A DNA stretch of 63,862 bases, the filler included, from Catajapyx aquilonaris (Eukaryota): assembly GCA_000934665.2 (NCBI GenBank). It is 3 parts of 3 records of this genome, joined end to end, with 100 filler letters (N's around TTAATTAATTAA, not from the genome) between each part and the next. Parts side by side here need not be neighbours in the genome. Positions count along the whole stretch, not along the records: positions 1 to 21,182 come from KZ539483.1; positions 21,283 to 42,698 come from KZ539485.1; 1 more part is not named here. One strand, given 5' to 3'. The notes below the pieces were generated by a model. That model did not search any database, was not told the DNA's origin, and saw only the letters and a program-made list of their open reading frames with translations. Of this stretch, positions 13,555-24,200 are shown in pieces. The position numbers were made by a program, and so were the translations under genes. Every line of letters starts with the position of its first letter. Position 1 is the first letter of the stretch.

Positions 13555-14592
13555 GGCTATAATGCAACTGCAACCAGTCATCTTGGATCTTCCACGAGCA
13601 ATATTAATGAAGCGCATTCCGCAAGAGCAATCATCAGCGGTGAGGGAGTAGTTGGGGGTGTTCTTGGTGGGGTGGGAGGGGGTAGGGACGACAAATGGGG
13701 TGGGAAGGGGGGTAGGGGGGATGTGCACATGACTCAGGCCGCAAACTACGGGAAGCAGCAGGGGAAGGCGACAACTGCTACTACACCTATTACTATGGAG
13801 ACTTCATCAACGGCCTCGTTGTTATGCCAAGTCCAGGATGAGACGGCGACGGCTGTGACAGTGACAAAGACAAAGCCATCAACAGTATGTAAAGACATTC
13901 CGTGGTGGGGCAGAAATTCAGAGTCCATTGTTGCCACGGGTTGGGGCATACCTGCTGGAATGGGGCTCAAGGGTGGTGGAGAGAGCTCACTTAACAATGG
14001 AACATCCAGCTGGGGAACCCCACCACCAGGAAGCAGCAGCAGTGCCAACAATGGAGCAGCTGGTGCCGGTGGTGCCGGTGGGTGGGGTGGAGCAGGTGCT
14101 GGAAACAACGGTGCTGGTGGTGCATCAGGTGCTGGGGGGGCAACTGGAGGACAAAATCCTGCACCACAACAGCAATCAGGCAATACACAGAATTCAGCAG
14201 GCCAACAATGGGGCACAGTCAATAACAGTGCCAATCGACCTGGGAGTGGGAACGGCAGCCAGCAGCCTATCAAAGGTGCAGGGGCTACCCAGGGACAGAG
14301 CCAGGGGCAGAGTGGCAGCCAGTCTTCAACATCTTGGGCACAGGCGGCTGGCAAGGGACTACCTACAGTAGCCAATGCGCAACCACCAACACAGCAACAG
14401 CCACCAACACCGCAGCCACCATCAAGCAACAATGGTGGAAATGGCAATGGAAATGGAAATGGTGGTGCAGCAGGTGGCAACGGCAGCAGCACCAGCAGTG
14501 GTGGTGCCAGCACTACTGGTGCAACTTCAAAGCAGCTTGAGCAGCTGAACTCCATGCGAGAGGCGCTCTTCAGCCAGGACGGCTGGGGAGGG
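13555..14592 (+). CDS. gw: GW182/gawky large GW-repeat exon ending ...QLEQLNSMREALFSQDGWGG
   Basis: Acceptor ttgttattgacag|GGC and donor GGG|gtgagg. Multiple GW/WG repeats. MREALFSQDGWG matches the conserved GW182 motif I as I recall it. Confidence 0.92.
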
Positions 14593-14874
14593 GTGAGGGT
14601 TGGTCGGGGCCTTCTGGGGCTTTAAGGGGCTCCATGGAAACCATGAGGGTGCCCTCTTATCATGAGCCATTCTGCTTGGCCACAGCTACCTATTGAGGGC
14701 TTGATCTAAATTGGCTTCAGTTAGGCAATCCTGAGAAAGATAGGACATAAAGGACCAGTATGAATTAGACGATCATGGCAAGATCCAATTAACTCGACTT
14801 GCATCACGTGACTTGGACATCATTGAAATTATCTCAAAAGTCATGCAGCCCCCTGACACTCCTTTAATATGGCA

Positions 14875-15113
14875 AGGTAATTCCTGTGTCTCCACCAGCC
14901 TGAAATTTGGGGCTGGCGGCGCTATATCGCCATCTTGTCATGGTGTAACTCTGGTGGTAGGTAGCGGGTGAGTCTGCCGCAGTCTGCCGATGGGCTGAAT
15001 ATTTGTTTTCGCAGACTTACCACTTGAGTGCACCTGGAACAAGATGGCAGTATAGCAAATGCTGAGCACTTCCAGCACCAAATTCCGGGCTGATGGGGAG
15101 ACATGAATTACCC
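14875..15113. mobile_element. Old MITE with ~40-bp imperfect TIRs
   Basis: ggtaattcctgtgtctccaccagcctgaaatttggggctgg versus ccagcaccaaattccgggctgatggggagacatgaattacc. Confidence 0.6.
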
Positions 15114-15264
15114 TACTGTATCCATACGGCTAGGGGGGAAGTGACAGGGGGCTGAGTCCATGTTAGTATCAAGTCAGGAAATGTATGTGTATATTGCTAC
15201 ATCAGCATCCATTACTGGTCAACTCATGACTGCTCTCCACATATCACTATCTACCACAAGGTGG

Positions 15265-15746
15265 CTCACAGGTCTCTACAGTGCTCACCTATGTGGAAGA
15301 TCTGGCAAAATATTCGGGGGGGCAGGGCGGTGGTGGTGGCGGCCTCAAAATGGCAGGTTATAAATACTCAAACCTATGCAATAGAGATAAGCATGCCCCA
15401 AACTTGTGCTGCCAAGCAGTGGTCCTGGTTCATGCACAGAGATTCATTCAGATTTGGCATATAACCAGACTAGACCTGCGATAAATAATAATCGATCTAC
15501 ACTATTAGGAAAGGTTAAATTTTGCAAGTGTCCTCTGGTTATTTTCCCAGCCCAAACTAATTGATGTACATGGACACTGTGAACCATAGTTTGGCAACTC
15601 GAGTTTCAGGGCATGCACATTTATATTGTATTGGTTCGAGCATTTATAGGTTGCCATTTTGAGACCACAGTCACCATCACCCCTGCTCTCTCTCTGGATA
15701 TTTTTCCTGCCCTTTTTCATGCTGTAGGGGAGTACCGACCTGTGAC
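15265..15746. mobile_element. Degenerate foldback element
   Basis: Arms are imperfectly complementary, e.g. ctcaaaatggcaggttataaatactcaaac versus gttcgagcatttataggttgccattttgag. Confidence 0.5.
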
Positions 15747-15788
15747 TTTTGCCTACTGCCAGCTGCAGGTCCAGTTTAGCACCGAAAG

Positions 15789-15921
15789 CAAGGGGTTAGC
15801 AACTCTCTGGCACCGGTGCACACACTGGTCAAGGAACCAGGTGGAACCATCCTGGAACCGGGTAGAACATCTCTGTTCCAGGATCTGGTGTACACTTTTT
15901 TGGGGAGTTGCTAACCCTTTG
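15789..15921. mobile_element. 133-bp MITE with 8-bp TSD (hAT- or P-like)
   Basis: TSD ACCGAAAG at 15781-15788 and 15922-15929. TIR CAA(G/A)GGGTTAGCAACTC at both ends. Confidence 0.85.
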
Positions 15922-16734
15922 ACCGAAAGTGATGTGTGGAGAGAGAGAAGAGTTGACCCATAATGGATGGTGGTGTAGCGATGCAGATTATTGCTTCTGA
16001 TTCAATGCTATCATGATTTGTTGAGATGTTTCAGTGACATCCACTCACTTGATGGAATTGAGATAGGTGTTATCATATGGGCGAAGGTGGCTTTTGGTCT
16101 TAGGTGTCAATCTTGTGCAATCTTGACTTGTGAAATTTTGTTAAAGAATCTTGAGGAAAACCTTTAAATTAAGGTATGTTCTGTAGCATTACCATTGAAA
16201 AAAATTTCTTTGGATTGCATTGGTTACTTTAGTTTACTAGATACCAGTAAGTTGTTATTGCAGGATTCTAAAAATTACTACAGATTGGCAGTAAGAAGCA
16301 CTTTGGAAATCTATAAGTAGTGGTTAAATTTAATTTCTCTGTCAAACTCCTGCTATGGTGAATTGAACGCGTGCATCTGGCACAGTCAGTAATTACGGTG
16401 CAGATTTTATACTTTGGTCATTAATTTGTGTAGTTAAAACTTAAAATCTCCATCTTATTGGGTGCTTTTAAAAATAGTATTTGAACATAATGATAGAGTG
16501 GTGTATTTTCCCAGCACATATGTGCCAGTTGCATTTCTGGATTTGTCATTGAATAGATCCCTCTTAAAGATGAATGGACTGCATGCCATTCCCACTGAGT
16601 AACTGACCCTGAGACCAACTTGGTATTGCCTAACTATGCCTTTTATATGAAGCCAATTAACATACATGGTTTGGTTGGCTTCCTCCTAGTTGTGTTCGGT
16701 AGTCTTCAGAGTCGAGTTCTTCCCATCTATTATG

Positions 16735-17849
16735 CAGGGTGTTCATAAAATAATGGTGGGGTTTTGTAAGCGAATAAAACAGCTGTTTACAACCTTACAT
16801 GGGTGTAACCTGCACCATTAGGAAGAGCAAAGGTCAAGTTTGAGAAGAGTTACCGACACTTCATTTATGGTCACTGCAGAGCCACTGCAAGGCCAGTTTC
16901 TAAAATGGCTACTCTGTGTTTTCGAGGGAAGTGTGTGACTAAAGGAACTAAGGAAGCAGTGAGTTTTGAATATGCCGAAAACGACAGTCCGGAAGGGCTG
17001 CTACTCCCCCCTCCTGACTCATGCATGATGTAATGGTATATTTAAAAATTCCATACCTCACCAATGGTTCGTGTTAGTCCCCAAAAAAAGTAGCGGTGAA
17101 GGATATGGGTTTAAAGAACGATTCTATGCGAAATATTGCTTAGAAACCAATATGATGAACGGCTAAATTTCCACAATTAAGCTAGTATTCACACAATCTC
17201 AATCATTGCACATATAATTTTTTCAATATGGCCGCCGGAAGATGACGTCCTACGGGAAAGCCGACGAAGTACTTCAACATGTGATTTTTGTGATGGATTC
17301 TGCATGGTTTGCTTGAAAATATGCCGAAAACCATATTCATGTACGATTAATAGATTTTTTTCCAAAAAAACTCTCCAAGTATTTGTCCGTGCTGAATGGA
17401 CACAGCCGGTAAAGGGTTAACCTTGCCACTGATATGAAATGTGGGTTCTTCACTGAAAATGAGCCATTCAACGAAACCCTCCATTTTTGGCTGCATTTCC
17501 ATACAAAGTCACTTATTTTCACCTAGTATGCTTGTGTTAGGGTCTGCACCAATCGCAACTAGTACAATTTAACACAACACATTTCAGACTGTCGTTTTTG
17601 ACATGTTCAATACCCTGCTTCCTTTAGTCATTGACTTTCCTCAAAAACACAGAATGCCTCCTGCTGCAGAGTTGCCATTTTGGAAACTGGACTTGCAGTG
17701 GCCCTGCGGGGACCATAAATGAACTGTTGGAAATTCACCTCAAACCTGTACCTGTGCTTTTCCTAATGGTGCAGGTTACACCCATGTAAGGTTGTACACA
17801 GCTGTTTTATTCACTTACGAAACCCCACCATTCTTATATAAACACCCTG
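16735..17849. mobile_element. Tc1/mariner-type non-autonomous element with ~180-bp TIRs
   Basis: Termini CAGGGTG...CACCCTG. Long arms, e.g. caaccttacatgggtgtaacctgcaccattagga versus tcctaatggtgcaggttacacccatgtaaggttg. Confidence 0.85.
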
Positions 17850-18441
17850 ATTTATCACAGATGTTTTTGTTTTCCTTCAAAAAGGTGGCCTCGACTAAGT
17901 AGTGCATGGTCTTCAAATTAATTAGTACATATTTGAAGGCTAAGGACAGTGTGGCCTAGAGATTGTAATATAACCAAGAAATTGGCTTTGTAGTTTGAAG
18001 CAGCTGCCACTAATAGCTGCGAATCACTTTGTATGAAACTTTTTAGGAACGTTTCGCACCCTCCTAATTTCCAATCTTGGGTCATGGATCACCTTCCAAC
18101 TGCCACATAGCATGATTTTTGGACCAATGTCATTATTTTAGACAGATTTTGTACCATTGCCTATTGCATCATTGAACAGTCTTTTCATTTTTTTAAATGT
18201 CAGGCCTCCCTTAATTTGAACCCTGATATGTTTGCAATTAATATTGTTATACTGCTGATCACATGGATACATTAAGCAAATGCTGAGAGCTCGATAAATA
18301 ATAAAAGAACAGGAAGAATTTAAACTTAATGGAAGGAAATCTGTCACCACAAGTGATGCATGTATTTGCCTGATGCCACATGCATGCAGGGCTGAGAAAT
18401 AGCTGAAAGTTAATACGTTTCTCTTCCTTGCTTTATTGCAG

Positions 18442-18838
18442 CAGCACGTTAACCAGGACACAACTTGGGATGTGCCCCTCTCCCCAGCTTCTAGCCCGAA
18501 GGACTCAGGCCCAGTGTGGAAGCCCAATGTTAATAATGGTACCGACCTCTGGGAAGCCAACCTCCGCAATGGGGGCCAACCTCCACCACAGACCCAGAAA
18601 GTGCCATGGGGTCATACACCAGCCACTAACATAGGAGGAACATGGGGAGAGGATGATGAAGTGTCAGACTCTTCAAATGTGTGGACTGGAGTCCCAGGTG
18701 CCAATAGTGGAGCCAACCCTGGTGGACACCAGTGGGCCTCGTCTGCCGGAGGAGTTGGGGCAGGAGCTGGGCAGGGCCCAGGGCAACCCAGTGCAGCTCA
18801 ACTTGGTGGGGCACATGGGCCTACCACAATGTGGGGAG
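18442..18838 (+). CDS. gw: GW182/gawky exon: QHVNQDTTWDVP...NNGTDLWEANLRNGGQPPP...PWGHTPATNIGGTWGEDD
   Basis: Continues DGWGG|QHVNQDT in phase 0. Contains hallmark insect GW182 motifs. Donor GGAG|gtaagt is phase 1. Confidence 0.95.
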
Positions 18839-19607
18839 GTAAGTGTAATTTTGTGACAATGAGTAGCAGACTTATTTTTATGGAATTAGCAGGTTGATTT
18901 AAATTAAATTGTGCAATGAAACCTGGAATTGCACTGGAAGTGTGGCAAAAAATGGACATGGGGCACACTGATGAGGAAATTATTGCACAGGCCAATAAAA
19001 ATGTGCCTGAAAGTTCAACAAATATGCTGTCCTGAAAGCATGCTAACTTTGAGGAAACTTGTTAAATGTGTCTTCAATTGTTATAATTTTTTGTAGTATG
19101 ATTTTGTCCAATCTAATTTAAGACATAATGGGCCGTATTCAGAGTCAACAACAAGAGTTTAGTGCAGTGCTTTAAACCACGTGACCCAGTTCACTAAGAA
19201 AAGTCGCATGCAGAGTCGTGCTTTAGGCCTAGTGCGGACTTAGTGCGATCCTGCTAAAGCGGCGCACTAAGACAAAACTTAGTGAAGGGGGACCCCTTCT
19301 TTTGCGTCGCACTAACATTGCACTAACCTCGGAGAGGCAATGGCGGCTGGACTCAGCGCCGCTAATCCAGCCGTATATGAGGCAGTGCGGTCCTGGCATG
19401 CATATTTACCATTGATTACTCCTGAGCCCTTCATTTTATAAGAGAAGTGAACCTGTCCAGGAACAGGCAGAACAATAAAATTCTAAGTAACTTATATCAA
19501 TTTTGTGAATCTTCTGCCTACAGGAAATGCACCATGAGATGTATGCATTTCCCTTGCAGCACAACTTCTCAAGGAAGGTAATATGTAAATCTTTCTTTTA
19601 TTTGCAG

Positions 19608-20156
19608 GCTGTTCAAGCAAAAAGGAGAGTGACTGGGGTGTCGGAGTAGGTGCTGGAGTCCCTGGCAGTAGTGGGGGCGGAGTAGGGGGAGGTGGGGGCG
19701 GTGGAGGAGGAGGAAGTGGGGGTGGTGGAGGAGGTGGATGGAGCGACCCCCGTGGCGCCAGTGGTCGTCTCGGAGGTGACAATGGTACATCCGTGTGGGC
19801 ATCACAGAACAAGGTCTCATCAGTTGGTGGGGTGGGTATGGGAGGAGGTGGTCCCCCAATGGGAGGCGGTGTTGTCAGTGTTGGAGGAAGCGGAGTTGGG
19901 GTTGGAGGGGGAGGGGGAGGGGGAGCAGGGCAGTGGCAGCCTGGAGGTGGAGGTCCGATGCACAAGGAGATGGGAAAAGGGATGGGAGGACCAGGAGGAG
20001 GGCAGGGAGGAAGTGGATGGGAGGAGCCTTCCCCTCCTACCCAACGAAGGCAACTGCCCCCCAACTATGATGATGGTACTTCTCTCTGGGGGAATCCTGC
20101 AGCCCAGCAGCAAGGTAGTGCCTCCTGCCTGCCAAAGGGACCCGACGTGCGACATG
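19608..20156 (+). CDS. gw: GW182/gawky exon with Gly-rich GW repeats and Ago-hook motif GWEEPSPP...DDGTSLWGNP
   Basis: Acceptor ttttatttgcag| (phase 1). The motif resembles TNRC6 GWEEPSP..DDGTSAWG. Donor CATG|gtaaga at 20156, with an alternative CAAG|gtagtg at 20114. Downstream exons (UBA, PAM2, RRM) are not in the window. Confidence 0.92.
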
Positions 20157-20454
20157 GTAAGAAACATCTTTCCATTTAATTATTTTGCCTATCTAGTTGT
20201 TTCTTTTCACATTTTTCCTGCTTTGTAAAGGGTTAGTCCTCCCACAATTTTAGTACAGAGAACAATCACAAAGAATCTGGTTGAACACTTGCTTTTGTCA
20301 TTCAACTGTTTCTTGTTCAAGAAGTACAGCTGATGGCAAAATGACTAAAGCAGACAAGGTCGGTCTCCAATAAGTCATCTGTAAAACCAGTGATGCCTGT
20401 GTCCTAACATAAATATACCATAGTGAATGCCACAATCTTGACTGCTGTAGCATA

Positions 20455-21182
20455 CAGGGTGTTTCTTGTAACTCTGTAAAGACTTGTAGGGGTAATAGGA
20501 GGGGACCAAGACAATTATTTTTGACATAGGAACCTGTGTCTGGAAACGCCATCTAGAGGGGGTTCATAGACAATGAACGGGTGCGCTCAGACGTGTCACG
20601 TGGGAGGCGCTAGGCGAGCAGACTGTTTTGTTGATAGATGGCTCTCGGATAGTAAACACTGATGCGATGTACCATAACCTGGCAACAGCAGAGCCATCTA
20701 GCAACTAAAGTCCACCTCCTCAGGGTCCCCTACATGGTTGCCTCCCCCACCCTAACCAGGGTATTGTCTTCACATAGTCCTTATGCAATCTAGTTCCAAT
20801 ATGGCCGCCCCATGCTGCAGGATAGGGAATTGGCAAGCGATTCGTTTTTGTTTTTTTCAATTGTTTTTTTCCTATGCAATTTTCCTATCTGGTTTAGTTC
20901 CAATATGGCGGAGAGACAATACCCTGTCTAGGTGGGGGTGGCACTCATGTAGGTGACCCTGCACCTCCTAGGAGACTCGTGGAGAGTAAACAACGGTTCT
21001 GTTGTTGCCAGGTTATGGCATACCCCGTCGTTGTACACCGTTGTTACACCATAACCTGGCAACAACTGCCCGCCATCTATCAACAAAACAGTCCGCTCGC
21101 CTGTTGCCTCCCGTGTGAAGCGTCTGAGCGCACCCGTTCCTTGTCTATGAACCCTCTCTGGATGGCGTGTCCGGACACCGGT
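20455..21182. mobile_element. Tc1/mariner-type foldback MITE truncated by the scaffold end
   Basis: Starts TA|CAGGGTG. 20535-20700 is reverse-complementary to about 21045-21182. Confidence 0.8.
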
Positions 21183-21282
21183 NNNNNNNNNNNNNNNNNN
21201 NNNNNNNNNNNNNNNNNNNNNNNNNNTTAATTAATTAANNNNNNNNNNNNNNNNNNNNNNNNNNNNNNNNNNNNNNNNNNNN
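21183..21282. other. Artificial scaffold-joining spacer N44-TTAATTAATTAA-N44
   Basis: Exactly 100 nt. The central 12-mer has stops in all six frames. An identical structure recurs at 42699-42798. Confidence 0.95.
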
Positions 21283-24200
21283 ATTGGTCCAGGTTTAGGG
21301 TCGCTGATTGGTCGCTTTGCTGTGATGTCATCCGGCGTGGCCAGAATTCGGATGGGTTTGGATTCGAAGGTGACTAAATTATAGCTCTCCAAAAGTAGTT
21401 CCTGAAGGATTGGTAATGTCATTTCAGGCATAGTTGCTGTAGACTATAGTTAAACCTGGTTTAATAGGCCATTTTTTGGGGCTGGTGGCTATCGTCCCTC
21501 TGGTGCAGTCCAAACAATGCAGGTTGATTCGGGTGCTGCTGGAGCCCGATCCAATCGGCCATCTCTCACAGCAGCCACCACATATGCTTAGGCGATTGTC
21601 AATGGGTGTTGGGAGGTGTGCAGATAGAGCCTGCTTGCTGAGAGATTTTGTGTGCTGCTGGTGGTGCATGTGGGTGGGTGGGTGGGTGGAGAGAGAGTGT
21701 GTCGGCGGAGTGATATCCCGGGCAGCAGTTAGTTGCAGCAGCCAAACGAACAGGCGTGATAGGAGGCGTGTTATTTATCCGGAGCACAATGTTATCTCTC
21801 ACCCCCCTCTCCCGCTCTCTTTTTTTTATTCGGTGGCTGCTGTGCTGGGGACGCTCCCTCATGCGCTCACCGTGAATAGATCACGTATTTATATACTACA
21901 TCTAGTGCAATTTTAATTATTCCTCCCTTAACCGCGGCAGATAACCGCCCCGATAAATTCTCCTGCATGAAAAATTATGCAATGTCGGCTTTTGCAGGGG
22001 GAGACAACAAAAATGCGCGCAGAGTCAACAGCCTGGATATTGGTTCCGCTCATTTCGGGCCCTATCTTATCCGCCTTGGCTCATACCCCCACATGCATAT
22101 ACCCAGGGCTTCGTTCGACCAGATTTGTGGGTTTGCTCGCCATTTCAATCCTACATGGTGATAGAGTAGGACTTTGCCCGTCCCACCCACAGATCGCCCA
22201 TACGTTATATTACCATCCTGCCCAGGAAGCGGACTATACGTTTAGGTTGCCATTCGAGAGGTTCTGGGTTCGATTTTGGGTACACCCTGTGCTTGGGGGC
22301 TAAGACTAGGCGTTTGGTGATTCGTGTCACGTATAGTGATCCTCGAGGGAATGGGGTCTGCGCGCCGTATATACAATGTATATATTTTTGGGGGTCCTTT
22401 TTGCTGGTCTTTTTGTCACAGGCAGGAGTAGCTATAGCCAAGTCGAGAGTTGTCCTTGTGTCTCAGACCGAATGGCTCTCCGTGGGGGATCTCACTCTCG
22501 GGCCTTATCTATGGCCCAGGACTCTGTCTTCCAGGCCCCTCGAGCTATTTCACTCGAATCTTGCCTTTTCCACCAACCACTGCTCGTGCTACGCAAGCAC
22601 TCCTTTTGTTTCAAGGACCGAAAGAAACTCACGATGCAGGAAACACACTGCCCTTATTCACAACCGTGCATTTTGCAGAAGGACGGTTCGAGATGGATTT
22701 ATATGTGATGTCCATACAAAGCGATTCGGCTCATTTGTGAATTTCCAGTGGATTCCGTGGCATCACCTTCGAACTGAGATTAGGCTCCGGTGCGGTGCTG
22801 CACATAGATAGTAGCGAAGGCTCGTCATTCGCCCGAGTCCCGGATTTACTGGGGTCCCTTTTTCCAGCAGTCCTGCTCCAGCCCAGCAGATGAAACCCCG
22901 CGATCTGGACCCGTATGACTGATGGGAAGGAGACGTGCGGTTGTCAGGGGCGAAAGACACGTAATATCCGGAGCTGAAGCGTGGAAACAACGTGAGATGT
23001 GTCGGTGGGCGGGCCTCGACGTGTCTGATCCCATTTGCGCTCCATACAACATACAATCCGGCCTATCACAGCCGCTGCCAGTTAGAAGATAATCGGGGAA
23101 GATGAGGGGCTGCCTGCCTGCCTGCCTGTCCTCTCCAACCTCTCTCCAAAAAACCACTATAGTCAGTCAGTCCATGCCTGATAAAATAGGCGGCGCTGCT
23201 GGGCTTCTCTGATCAACATCGTTATAAGCACGCCCCAATTCTCCGATGGACAAGATTCACACCTTTTTTTTCATTTGGGCCAACCTTGCTGTGTTTATTC
23301 CAGCCCTCCCGTAAACAGCAGTTGTTTAGATGAGCGCGCGCTATCTTTTTCGCACTTATCCGACCATCCACATTGCACTCTGTTGTCTGCGCAATCATAA
23401 TGGCCACGTTTACAATCACTAAAGGGGGCCAGATAAGGACAAGGGGGAAGATCTGGCGTTGAGGATTTTTTTTTCTTCTTCCTTTTACTCAAACCTGACT
23501 GCAATTCTTTCATTTGCTGCTTTTGAATTTGGGTTTTTGCAGGGTAATCTCGGGGGTGTTTGAGACCTCTTGGTTTGTGCACAGCAGATTTCTTCGCCTG
23601 ATAATTCAAGAACAATTGGAGGTGGAATGTAAGAAGGGTTATCTCCACTGTTGAGATCATCTAGAAATAAATTTCAGGTTGTAGTTCTCAGGAAAAACTA
23701 TCTTTATCATTTGTAGATTTCACATTCAATGCAATCGACACCATTTCATAAAGCTTATGTTGTGTATGTATGCATGGTTTTCATAACATTGAGTAATAGA
23801 AATGGCTGGGTTATGACTTGAACATAATTATTATACTATTAAATTTTACTCCCCTGCATTTAACCATCACTGTAAGTAGGTCCAAATATGGACCTAAACT
23901 ATTATTATGCATATACTTCTATATACAATATTTCGGTTGTTGCCTTCATTGGTCACGTTCCGGCGGTACACTTTGTATAAGCTCGGGGTCGATGCAATTT
24001 TTTATTCTCTCACGGGGAAAATTTAGTGCCTCTAACAAGGAATAAAACGGTGGGGAAGGAAACGCCGCTAAGAAATGCAGCCTACACGTGTATCGGTGAA
24101 ATTATCCTGTCCGCCGACCAAATAAGTGACCGTGTATGTACACAACTCTGTCGACTTTACCTGTCAGCCGGTCGCAGATTTCGGCCCCGATAACGTCCTC

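Noticed and set aside
13746..14555. 269-aa minus-strand ORF
   Set aside because: Antisense shadow of the low-complexity gawky exon.
17250..17410. Cys-rich peptide (CDFCDGFCMVCLKIC) as a transposase remnant
   Set aside because: Too short and ambiguous between frames to assign.
19492..20064. Pro-rich minus-strand ORF
   Set aside because: Antisense shadow of the Gly-rich gawky exon.
21227..21238. TTAATTAATTAA as a biological motif
   Set aside because: Centred in fixed-length N runs and repeated identically, so it is an assembly linker.
23062..23085. miR-2/13-like TATCACAGCC
   Set aside because: Seed-length match only, with no supporting precursor arm.
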